NCBI GenBank assembly: GCA_037441285.1
Contig: JBBISL010000027.1
Coordinates: 1-19,939 of the forward strand
Length of the DNA stretch: 19,939 nucleotides
Source: a candidate division WOR-3 bacterium
GTDB lineage: Bacteria; Hydrothermota; Tepidihabitantia; Tepidihabitantales; Tepidihabitantaceae
Direction of reading: 5' to 3'
Below, piece by piece: positions 1 through 8,499 of the stretch (the first letter of the stretch is position 1; each line of letters opens with the position of its first letter). Under the pieces are notes generated by a model, which was not told the origin of the DNA, did no database searches, and was given only the letters and a program-made list of their open reading frames with translations. The translations under genes were made by a program, and so were the position numbers.

Positions 1-7
1 GGTGCGG

Positions 8-31
8 CTCCAGTCCAGAATTGGGCTGGAG
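8..31. terminator. Hairpin CTCCAGTCCA-GAAT-TGGGCTGGAG, possible terminator of an upstream gene
   Basis: 10-bp stem with one G-U pair. Only a weak U-tract follows, and the upstream context is outside the window. Confidence 0.35.
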
Positions 32-84
32 TTCAAATTACTTAATGCGGCAATTGGGACGAATAAAAGAAAAGGAGGTTGAAG

Positions 85-1917
85 ATGAGAAACTTTAAAG
101 CCGCATTAGCTGTAATGGCACTCGGTTTGATAACGCTCCCCGGGCTGGTTTTAGGACAATGGGTTCCACTACCTCCAGTAGGCAATGGTGAAGAGGTTGG
201 TCCTGGGGGATGCGCTGCCCGGGGGCGTGGCTACACATTTGTTGCAATCGGCAATGAGAGCGATGAGATTTACGCTTTCAAGCACAGCGAAGAGACTTGG
301 TATGATATGGAACCGATTCCGGGCGACATTGTCGGTGCGGGTGCAATGGCATACGAGCACCATTATGGAGAAAGGTTATTTGTTGTCGCGGACGATGATA
401 ACTGCCTCTGGATTTACACCTTCCGTTATCCTTCTGGACTGGAAGGTACCTGGGACGAAGAGCATCCGATTGAACTTCCTGAGGGAATAGAACCAGGGGT
501 CGCTCTTGCATTCCAGCCGGACCTGCGTCCTTTGTCCCTCCTCAGCGGGATTCTTTATCTCCTAGCGGATGGTGGGTTATACAAAAGAGCCTTTGACCAG
601 ATTCCGATTGCGGTTGATGCGCTGGGACCAGAAAATGGGGCGGTAGTAGCCACTGACAACATTTTTCTTGACTGGCTGCCCCATCCAAGGTGGAATAAAT
701 ACCACCTTCAGGTTTCTCTCTCGCCTGACTTCACCCAACTTTTAGTTGACACAACCGTCGTTGCCGGTGAGTTTTCCCTGGGCTTTTTACAAACAGGAAC
801 TTACTACTGGCGGGTAAGAGGATGTTTTGCCAACGCCAGTTCACCAGCATGGTCAGAATGGTCGGCAACAATGAGTTTTTCTGTTGGGATGCAAAAAGGC
901 GTTAAGAGTGTCCCAGGATATCGCCAGTTTCCAGATGATGGATTGCTGATGGCAGGAGACAAGCCGGTTTTTGACTGGGCAAGTGTTTCTGGTGCGGTTG
1001 CCTACCGGTTGCAGGTGGCATTGAACCCTGACTTCTTTGAACCGGTGATTGATGTGACGGTGCCGGCGAGCGAATTTATCAGCGATAGCCCGCTTCAGAC
1101 GGGAGATTATTTCTGGCGCACCTGCTGGCAGGATGCCAAAGGCAAATGGAGCGAGTGGGGTCCGGTTAGTTCATTTATCGTTCAACACGGCTGGGTGCGG
1201 ACCCCTCTACCCTTCAATCCTGACATCGGCGCGGCAATGTGCTATGCAAAAGGAAGTGACAGTGTCGAAGCGCTCTATGTACTTGTGGGCGGTAATTCAA
1301 GGGATTTTTATCGATATCTTATAAATAACAGCGATTGGCAGCAACTTGCTCCAACACTTGCTGAGCAGTACCCCGGGGCATCAATTACACCTAGCGACGC
1401 TGCCGGTCTCTTGAAAGCAGACCTTCGGGCAATAATGGGGGTCTCTACCGATACATGGTACAGGTACGTGTTTACGAACAGGTGGTATCCATTCCCCACT
1501 GTGGTGCCCAGAGGCTGCGGATATGGCTCCGCAATTATTGACCAGGTACAAGATGACTACTACCTTGTTCTTGTTATCGCGGGTGAGTACGAAGAGACCA
1601 ACTTCTATAAGTGGATAGGAGGCTACGAATTAGAAGGTCCGATGGCGTATCATCAAACTACCTTTGGCTCTTCCGATATCCATTTTACAAAGACTGGTGA
1701 AGGGGTGCGGTTAATCTACACGCTTAAACAGGCAGGGATATTAAGGATTAACCTCTTTGACCCTGCGGGTCGTAAGGTCAGAACACTCTTTGATGGGTTC
1801 CAGCCGGCTGGAGAACACTCATTGCAATTGAACTCGAGCGACTTCGGCAAGGGCGTTTATTTCTTTAACCTTGACCTAAACGGGAAATCGAGCACGCTAA
1901 AGGTACCGGTATGGTAA
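85..1917 (+). CDS. Secreted protein: Kelch-like propeller repeats, two FN3/Ig-like modules, C-terminal T9SS type A/FlgD-Ig-like sorting domain
   Basis: Start moved from TTG79 to ATG85 because AAGGAGG (72-78) lies 6 nt upstream. Signal peptide MRNFKAALAVMALGLITLPGLVLG. Two modules of type P..G...DW...Y.LQV....DF...D...L.TG.Y(Y/F)WR. Tail LFDPAGRKVRTL...GVYF. Confidence 0.8.
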   Translation: MRNFKAALAVMALGLITLPGLVLGQWVPLPPVGNGEEVGPGGCAARGRGYTFVAIGNESDEIYAFKHSEETWYDMEPIPGDIVGAGAMAYEHHYGERLFVVADDDNCLWIYTFRYPSGLEGTWDEEHPIELPEGIEPGVALAFQPDLRPLSLLSGILYLLADGGLYKRAFDQIPIAVDALGPENGAVVATDNIFLDWLPHPRWNKYHLQVSLSPDFTQLLVDTTVVAGEFSLGFLQTGTYYWRVRGCFANASSPAWSEWSATMSFSVGMQKGVKSVPGYRQFPDDGLLMAGDKPVFDWASVSGAVAYRLQVALNPDFFEPVIDVTVPASEFISDSPLQTGDYFWRTCWQDAKGKWSEWGPVSSFIVQHGWVRTPLPFNPDIGAAMCYAKGSDSVEALYVLVGGNSRDFYRYLINNSDWQQLAPTLAEQYPGASITPSDAAGLLKADLRAIMGVSTDTWYRYVFTNRWYPFPTVVPRGCGYGSAIIDQVQDDYYLVLVIAGEYEETNFYKWIGGYELEGPMAYHQTTFGSSDIHFTKTGEGVRLIYTLKQAGILRINLFDPAGRKVRTLFDGFQPAGEHSLQLNSSDFGKGVYFFNLDLNGKSSTLKVPVW

Positions 1918-1930
1918 AGTTGGACCTGAC

Positions 1931-1955
1931 GGGAGGGGGCATTTTGCCCCCTCCC
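1931..1955 (+). terminator. Strong GC-rich intergenic hairpin (terminator or mRNA-stabilising stem)
   Basis: GGGAGGGGGC-ATTTT-GCCCCCTCCC, a perfect 10-bp stem 13 nt after the stop. No U-run follows. Confidence 0.5.
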
Positions 1956-1974
1956 TATAAGAAAGGAGGTCAAT

Positions 1975-3348
1975 ATGCGGTGGAGAAAATTTATTATACC
2001 TCTTTTTTTACTCTCGGTTCCGGTGTTTGCCCAATCACCCCATTTGGCGCTTGACACATTGCTTCATTTCCCGGCGCCGATTGACAGGTTGTTTTATTTG
2101 TCGAACTATAACAAGTTATATATTACCGACTGGAACTATAATGTTCATGTTCTGAACTGTTCAACAAACGCCGTCTCGGCTACTCTTCCTATTGGAGAGG
2201 GAGTTTACCCCGATTATTATTTCAGGGCTCCTGCCTTTTGTTCCCGGCACGATAAGATGTACTTCGCTGTCCCTCCTTCAAGCAGTTCCAGCGTGATTTT
2301 TGTTGTGGACCCGGTTGGCGATTCAATCGTATCGGTATTTTCTATTGGTAACTTCGGAAATCCCATGCCTGCCTATAATTCTCTTATGGATAAACTTTAC
2401 ATCAGTGGAGACCCGATTGTCATCCTTGACTGTGCCACAGATTCGGTAGTTAAGACGATTCCACTGTACTGGTCAGTATCCGAGGCTTTTCTTGTCTGGG
2501 ACTCGGTTGGTAACAAGGTTTATGTTGGGGCTTCAGACTGGTATAATCCCGGGTTGGTGGGTGTGATAGACTGTAACACCGATTCACTTGTTGCGGTCAT
2601 TCACACCAGACTTTTTTGGCCAACACAAGCCCTTTATACTCCAAGGCAACGGAAACTTTATGTTGGTGCTGATTACGCGCACTTAGCTGCGGTAATTGAT
2701 TGCGCCACTAACCAGGTGATTTGCTATTACCATATAGGCTATCATCCTCGGTTTCCCCCGGCATACTCATCTATTGAAGATAAGGTCTATTGGCCATCCG
2801 ATAGTGGTGTTTCTGTAATTGACTGTGCCACCGACTCAATCGTTACTAAAATATTCGTTCCTACATTACAGGGGTGCAGCGCCTATGGCGAATGGAATAA
2901 TATGGTTTATGGTGTTGGAAGTGCGTATTTCCCACACTGGTTTTTATTTACGGTGGACTCACATACTGACTCAATTGTTGACATTACTCATCTCGCCGCT
3001 ACCCCCCATAGTTTTATTTCCGACATCGCCTGCAACACAGTTGACCATAAGATTTATGTCGCGAGTGTGGACTCGCTCCTTTATGTGTTTCGTGATATCT
3101 CACCGGGGATTAATGAGGATGCCGGGCTTGCTGTCCAATTCACGACACCCCACACTTCAATTGCCCGCAACTTCATTTTTTTATCTCCATCAGCGGTGAG
3201 ACCTGGGGAGCGTAGTTTTCTGCTTGATGCGCTGGGCAGGAGGGTTTTAGAACTTGTGCCCGGTGAAAACGATGTGCGGGGTTTGAGTCCCGGGGTCTAT
3301 TTTATCTCGGGAAATGGAAACCTGCGCAAGGTGCTACTGGTTAAATAG
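1975..3348 (+). CDS. Secreted YncE/YVTN-like beta-propeller protein with short C-terminal sorting tail
   Basis: SD AAGGAGGT upstream. Signal peptide ending VFA-Q. Repeated (N/D)K(L/V)Y...V.VIDC(A/N)TDS.V..I units. Tail LLDALGRRVLELVPGENDVRGLSPGVYF. Confidence 0.8.
   Translation: MRWRKFIIPLFLLSVPVFAQSPHLALDTLLHFPAPIDRLFYLSNYNKLYITDWNYNVHVLNCSTNAVSATLPIGEGVYPDYYFRAPAFCSRHDKMYFAVPPSSSSSVIFVVDPVGDSIVSVFSIGNFGNPMPAYNSLMDKLYISGDPIVILDCATDSVVKTIPLYWSVSEAFLVWDSVGNKVYVGASDWYNPGLVGVIDCNTDSLVAVIHTRLFWPTQALYTPRQRKLYVGADYAHLAAVIDCATNQVICYYHIGYHPRFPPAYSSIEDKVYWPSDSGVSVIDCATDSIVTKIFVPTLQGCSAYGEWNNMVYGVGSAYFPHWFLFTVDSHTDSIVDITHLAATPHSFISDIACNTVDHKIYVASVDSLLYVFRDISPGINEDAGLAVQFTTPHTSIARNFIFLSPSAVRPGERSFLLDALGRRVLELVPGENDVRGLSPGVYFISGNGNLRKVLLVK
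3220..3303 (+). repeat. 84-bp sorting-tail cassette, copy 1
   Basis: 79/84 nt identical to 5302-5385; the first 47 nt are identical. Confidence 0.95.
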
Positions 3349-3354
3349 GAGGGG

Positions 3355-5433
3355 ATGATGAGAAGGTTGTTGTTTGGTTTGTTGGTGATGGTTACTGTTG
3401 TGTTTGGTGTTGACTCATTAAACTGCCGGTTAATGGGTCGCTGGCCCTTTAGCAGGGCTTATAGCATTGCGGCCGACCCAGCACGGAACCTAATCTTTGC
3501 TGATGTCTGGAACGGAGTTTCAATATTCAATGTTGCGCAGCAGGGTGTACTGGAAAGGGTTGCGGTTATTAACCGTAGTTTTCGTGAAGGCACGGGCACG
3601 GTTTTTTATCACCAGTCCCGGCTTTATGTGGTGATACAGACAAGGGGGGTGGAAATCTACGATGTTACCGATGAGTTGAATCCAGGGTTACTTGGCGTGG
3701 TTTCTCATCCGGACTCAATATACGGAATTGCGGTTTCTGGCAACTACCTTTACCTCGTTGAAGGTTATTCCGGTTTGCGAATTATTGATGTATCAGACCC
3801 GAGCCAGCCTGTGCCGGCTGGTTATTATGACACGCCCAGTTTTGCCGCCGGTGTAACGGTGTCTAATGGTTATGCCTATATAGCGGACGGTTATTCCGGT
3901 TTACGGATTGTGGATGTTTCAGACCCGTATCAACCCAGAGAGATAGGATACATTGACACGCCGGGTTATGCCTGGCGGGTTGCGGTTGCGGGTGGTTATG
4001 CCTATGTAGCGGACCTTTATGTCGGGTTGTTGATAATTGACGTTTCGGACCCGGCTCATCCGGTGCAGCGAGGCCGGCAGTGGGATGCGGCGCGGGCGGT
4101 TGCGGTTGCGGGTAATTATGCCTATGTGGTGGACCCTTATGCCGGCTTGCGGATAATTGACATCTCCAATCCGGCAGCGCCAATGGTGGTGGGGTTCTGT
4201 GCAATCAACCAGTCCCGCGAGGATGTTGTGGTGCTGGGGGGATATGCCTATGTGGCGCGGGGCGATTCTGGTGTTCAAGGGGTTGATGTTTCCAATCCGG
4301 CAGCGCCGTTCAGGTTTACTAAAGTTGCTCCGCCTCAATCGGTCTGGTCGGTAGCGGTGAAGGGAAATTACGCCTATTTAGCCGATGGCGAGAACGGTGT
4401 CTGGATAATAGATGTTACCGACCCGGGTCGTCCTTTCTTTGCAGGAATTTATGACACGCCCAGTTTTGCCTCCGGGCTTTTCATTGCCGGCGACAACTTG
4501 TATGTGGCAGATGCTGCGGCCGGTTTAAGAATCCTTGATATTTCCAACCCGGCTCAACCGCGGGAGGCTGGCTATTACGATACACCCTGTTCGGCACGGG
4601 GTGTTGTGGTGAGGGGCAACTACGCCTATGTGGCTGATGCCTATTCCGGGTTACGGATAATTGACATTACCAATCCGGCAGAGCCGAGAGAGGTGGGTTA
4701 TTGTGATACACCGGACTATGCCTGGGGTGTTGATGTCCTTGGTGATTACGCCTATGTGGCGAATGAGGATTCTGGTTTGCGGATAATTGATGTGTCAAAC
4801 CCCGCTCAACCCGAAGAGGTTGGGGGTTATGCGATTCGTTATGTTTACCACCAGGATGTGGCGGTATCTGACAACCATCTTGCCGTACTTGCCAGGGGCC
4901 ATTTTGCGATGATTGATGTAACCGACCCATATAATCCGGTTAGCGTACCATCATATAGTAACCTAACCTGTGGCGTTACAATATCGGGTAGTTATGCCTA
5001 TGTGACCTTCTGGAACGATGGGGTAATATTTCCTTATGGCTTAGTGGTTTTGGATTTAACAAGTCCGGATACATTAGCGGTATGTGGTTATTACACCGGT
5101 GTTGTCGGTTCTGGGGATGTGGCGTATTCTGGTGGGTATGTTTATGCGAGTGAGCCGCACAGTCTTGCCATTATCCAGTTTTCCGGTGCGGCTGTTGATG
5201 AGGGAACAAAAGCCGATGAAGTTAACAGGAAACCATCAGCCACCATTGTGCGGGGTAGCTTGAGGTTAGCGGTAAGCCGTGGTGCGAGTTTGAAGGTGGA
5301 ACTGCTTGATGCGCTGGGCAGGAGGGTTTTAGAACTTGTGCCCGGTGACAACGATGTGCGGGGTTTGAGCCCTGGAGTGTATTTTGTGCGAACTGAGGAG
5401 GGGAGCGTTAATCGGGTGGTGGTTGTCCAGTAA
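3355..5433 (+). CDS. Secreted LVIVD-repeat beta-propeller protein with short C-terminal sorting tail
   Basis: SD GGAGG upstream. Hydrophobic signal peptide. About 13 repeats of 40-42 aa, type V.V.G.YAYVAD...GLRIIDVS.P..P...G..DTP. Same tail as the preceding gene. Confidence 0.88.
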   Translation: MMRRLLFGLLVMVTVVFGVDSLNCRLMGRWPFSRAYSIAADPARNLIFADVWNGVSIFNVAQQGVLERVAVINRSFREGTGTVFYHQSRLYVVIQTRGVEIYDVTDELNPGLLGVVSHPDSIYGIAVSGNYLYLVEGYSGLRIIDVSDPSQPVPAGYYDTPSFAAGVTVSNGYAYIADGYSGLRIVDVSDPYQPREIGYIDTPGYAWRVAVAGGYAYVADLYVGLLIIDVSDPAHPVQRGRQWDAARAVAVAGNYAYVVDPYAGLRIIDISNPAAPMVVGFCAINQSREDVVVLGGYAYVARGDSGVQGVDVSNPAAPFRFTKVAPPQSVWSVAVKGNYAYLADGENGVWIIDVTDPGRPFFAGIYDTPSFASGLFIAGDNLYVADAAAGLRILDISNPAQPREAGYYDTPCSARGVVVRGNYAYVADAYSGLRIIDITNPAEPREVGYCDTPDYAWGVDVLGDYAYVANEDSGLRIIDVSNPAQPEEVGGYAIRYVYHQDVAVSDNHLAVLARGHFAMIDVTDPYNPVSVPSYSNLTCGVTISGSYAYVTFWNDGVIFPYGLVVLDLTSPDTLAVCGYYTGVVGSGDVAYSGGYVYASEPHSLAIIQFSGAAVDEGTKADEVNRKPSATIVRGSLRLAVSRGASLKVELLDALGRRVLELVPGDNDVRGLSPGVYFVRTEEGSVNRVVVVQ
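5302..5385 (+). repeat. 84-bp sorting-tail cassette, copy 2
   Basis: Near-identical to 3220-3303, with 5 mismatches, all at third codon positions. Confidence 0.95.
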
Positions 5434-5519
5434 ATTACGCTGATTATTGAGCCCGGTTTAAAGCCGCTCCTGTTCTGCCTAACAATTTTACAAGGGCCAA
5501 TTACACTTTACCTGATTTG

Positions 5520-5549
5520 TTGACAAGGGGCAAAATTTTGGTGTATAAT
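5520..5549 (+). promoter_or_regulatory. Consensus sigma70 promoter for the pilB-pilC operon
   Basis: TTGACA (5520-5525), 18-bp spacer, TATAAT (5544-5549). AAGGAGG SD precedes ATG5613. Confidence 0.75.
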
Positions 5550-5612
5550 TATTTACAAATGAGTGTTGTTAAAACAGGTAACTGGGCAAGAGCCCATTAA
5601 AGGAGGCGTAAG

Positions 5613-7196
5613 ATGGCAGATGAGCAGACGCCAATTGAAGAGAGCGGTTCCGCACTGGAACAGCGCTACGGTGTTCCGTTTATTGACCTGACAACATTTA
5701 AACTTGATTCCGAGGTATTGCAACTTTTCCCGGAAGAGTTTTTGCGCAAGAATAAGTTAATCCCACTTTTCCGCTCGGGCAATACCCTGGCGGTGGCAAT
5801 GGTTGACCCCGGAGACATTTTTACCATTGATGAGGTAAGGCGGACAACCGGTATGGAGGTTGAGCCGATGGTTTGCCGGGAGATCGACCTTTATCAGGCG
5901 CTAAACCAGTACTATGCGGCGCCGGAGCCAGCCGATATCCCGGACGAACCCGAGGTCACAAGCATTGACGACCTGCCGGAAGAGGAGAGCGCCGCGGTTG
6001 CCGAGCAGGGCTTGGAACCCCGCAAATTAGAGGAGCTGGCATCGGAAGCGCCGGTAGTGCGATGGGTGAACCAGATGATTATCCGTGCGGTGCGGGAAAG
6101 GGCAAGTGACATCCATATTGAGCCAACCCGGGAAGGGTTGCGGGTCCGGTTCCGTATCGACGGCATTTTGCATCCGATTGTCTCACCGAAGAAGGCGCTG
6201 CAGTTGGCGGTTGTTTCCCGTATCAAGATTATGTCCCGGATGAATATTGCTGAGAAGCGGGTGCCGCAGGACGGACGTTACGGCGCAATCGTTGATGGCC
6301 GGGAGATTGACTTCCGTGTTTCCACATTCCCAACGACCTACGGCGAGAAGGTGGTGATGCGTATCCTCGACCGGATGCGCCTGCTGTCGCTGGACGAACT
6401 GGGTCTGGTGGAGGAGTCTTATGAAACGCTGCGGGAGATGATTGCCAAGCCGCACGGTGTGATTCTCATCACCGGGCCTACTGGTTCGGGTAAGTCGACG
6501 ACACTGTATGCGATTTTGAACGAGATTCGCTCCGGTAATAAGAATATCATCACGATTGAGGACCCGGTGGAGTACGACATTGACGACATCTGCCAGTCCC
6601 AGGTGAATGAGCGGGCTGGTTATACATATCTGGTCGGGTTGCGCCATATCCTGCGTCAGGACCCGGATGTGATTATGATTGGTGAGATTCGTGACGCCGA
6701 AACCGCCGGGGTGGCGATTCGTGCCGCTCTCACCGGTCAGCTGGTTTTCTCAACTATTCATACCAATGATGCACCGGGTACCGTGACCCGATTGATTGAT
6801 ATGGGTATTGAGCCGTTCCTGGTTGCCTCGGGTCTGGAAGGTGTCGTTGCCCAGCGACTGGTGCGCCGGATTTGCCCGAAGTGCAAGGTTGCCTATGACC
6901 CACCGGCAAAGATGCTGGAGGAGTTTGAACTGCCACCGGGCACGAAGTTTTACAAGGGTAAGGGCTGCGAGCACTGTCGGAACACCGGTTACCGGGGCCG
7001 GATAGGAATATTTGAAGTTATGAAGTTGAATGACCGGATTCGAGAACTGGTCGTTACCCGACCACCAACATCAGCGATTCGGGCGCTGGCGCGGGAGTAC
7101 GGGATGAAGACCTTGTGGGAGGACGGAATGCGTAAGGTCCTCAACGGTGTAACAACAATTGAAGAAGTTATGGACGAGGCGGAAAAGGTCGAATAA
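5613..7196 (+). CDS. pilB: Type IV pilus / type II secretion assembly ATPase (PilB/GspE family)
   Basis: ASDIHIEP, RFRIDG, AEKRVPQDGR, Walker A GPTGSGKST, TIEDPVE, LRQDPDVIMIGEIRD, TGQLVFSTIHTN, and CPKC...CEHC zinc motif. N-terminal T2SSE_N-like domain. Confidence 0.93.
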   Translation: MADEQTPIEESGSALEQRYGVPFIDLTTFKLDSEVLQLFPEEFLRKNKLIPLFRSGNTLAVAMVDPGDIFTIDEVRRTTGMEVEPMVCREIDLYQALNQYYAAPEPADIPDEPEVTSIDDLPEEESAAVAEQGLEPRKLEELASEAPVVRWVNQMIIRAVRERASDIHIEPTREGLRVRFRIDGILHPIVSPKKALQLAVVSRIKIMSRMNIAEKRVPQDGRYGAIVDGREIDFRVSTFPTTYGEKVVMRILDRMRLLSLDELGLVEESYETLREMIAKPHGVILITGPTGSGKSTTLYAILNEIRSGNKNIITIEDPVEYDIDDICQSQVNERAGYTYLVGLRHILRQDPDVIMIGEIRDAETAGVAIRAALTGQLVFSTIHTNDAPGTVTRLIDMGIEPFLVASGLEGVVAQRLVRRICPKCKVAYDPPAKMLEEFELPPGTKFYKGKGCEHCRNTGYRGRIGIFEVMKLNDRIRELVVTRPPTSAIRALAREYGMKTLWEDGMRKVLNGVTTIEEVMDEAEKVE

Positions 7197-7214
7197 TTTA
7201 GAAAGGGAGGAGCC

Positions 7215-8456
7215 ATGCCGCTGTTTCGTTATAAGGTCCGTGATAAGGAAGGAAAGATAATTTCCGGGACGATTGAGGGCACGGATGTGGCGAGCGTAAC
7301 CGAGAAACTGGACAGTTTCGGTTATGTGCCGATTACTATCCGGGAGGAAAAGGCGGCGGCAGCCGGACCGTCATTTGACTTAAGCCGGTTCTTTGAGCGG
7401 GTAAAGCCAGCCGATTTGATTAACTTTACCCGACAGTTTGTCACGCTGCACCGTGCCGGTTTGCCGATGCTGACCGCAATCGGTGCGTTGCAGGCGCAGA
7501 CCAAGTCCAAACCGCTTGCCAAGGCGCTGGATGCCATCCGCAAGGATTTGATGGGTGGTGCGGCACTGTCGGTGGCGATGGCAAAGCATCCGCGAGTTTT
7601 TAACGAACTTTATGTCAACTCCATCTGGGCCGGTGAGACCGGTGGTGTCCTTGACGACATTCTTGACCGGCTGGTGATGCTTTTAGACCACGAGCGGAAA
7701 CTGAAGTCCGATGTCGGCAGTGCGATGCGTTATCCGATTATCCTGATGGTGACCTTCGTTGTCGCCGTTGCGGTGTTGGCGACTTTCGTGTTGCCCAAGT
7801 TTGTGTCGTTGATTGCCACGGTAGGTGGCAAGATGCCGCTCCCGACCCAGATTCTGCTCATCGTGACCAACTTTATGGGTAAGTACTGGTACCTTTTGGC
7901 GCTGGTTATCGCCGCGGCGGTGGTACTGTTCTATATGTTCATCCGGACCAGTGTGGGCCGAATGTGGTTTGACCGGTTCAAGTTGCGACTGCCGATATTT
8001 GGGCCCATCATCTACAAAATGGCACTCTCCCGTTTTGCCCGAATGTTTGAAACCCTGGACCGAACCGGGTTGCCAATTCTGCGCAGTTTGAACCTGGTGT
8101 CAAAGACGGTGGGCAATGTCTACCTGGCACAGGCGATTGACAAACTGGCGGAAAGTGTGCGTCGGGGTCGTGGTCTGGCAACACCGATGCGGGAACTGGG
8201 TGTGTTCCCGCCGATGGTTGTGCAGATGGTGGCAACCGGTGAGGAGTCCGGAGCGCTGGACGATATGTTGAAACAGGTTTCCGACTACTACGACAGTGAG
8301 GTCGAGTATGCGGTCAAAAACCTTACGGGAATGATTGAGCCGGTAATGATTCTGTTTATGGGCGTTGCCGCCGTGTTTCTGATTGTCGCGATTATTATGC
8401 CCTATATGTCGATTCTTACCAGTTTCGGTTCCGGTGGCGGCTACGGCATGCACTGA
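7215..8456 (+). CDS. pilC: Type IV pilus / T2SS inner-membrane platform protein (PilC/GspF family)
   Basis: MPLFRYKVRD..G start, FTRQF.TL..AGLP, GETGGVLD, YP, LPLPT-like MPLPT, GEESGALD, IEP, and three TM segments. Directly follows pilB. Confidence 0.93.
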   Translation: MPLFRYKVRDKEGKIISGTIEGTDVASVTEKLDSFGYVPITIREEKAAAAGPSFDLSRFFERVKPADLINFTRQFVTLHRAGLPMLTAIGALQAQTKSKPLAKALDAIRKDLMGGAALSVAMAKHPRVFNELYVNSIWAGETGGVLDDILDRLVMLLDHERKLKSDVGSAMRYPIILMVTFVVAVAVLATFVLPKFVSLIATVGGKMPLPTQILLIVTNFMGKYWYLLALVIAAAVVLFYMFIRTSVGRMWFDRFKLRLPIFGPIIYKMALSRFARMFETLDRTGLPILRSLNLVSKTVGNVYLAQAIDKLAESVRRGRGLATPMRELGVFPPMVVQMVATGEESGALDDMLKQVSDYYDSEVEYAVKNLTGMIEPVMILFMGVAAVFLIVAIIMPYMSILTSFGSGGGYGMH

Positions 8457-8499
8457 GGTATAAGAGAAAAATTTTCACTGCGGAGCCCAGGGCGCAGAG

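Noticed and set aside
3740..4830. CRISPR array or DGR template/variable repeats
   Set aside because: The repeats are in-frame coding LVIVD units without unique spacers. No cas or reverse transcriptase gene is present. Mismatches in the 84-bp pair are third-position and not adenine-specific.
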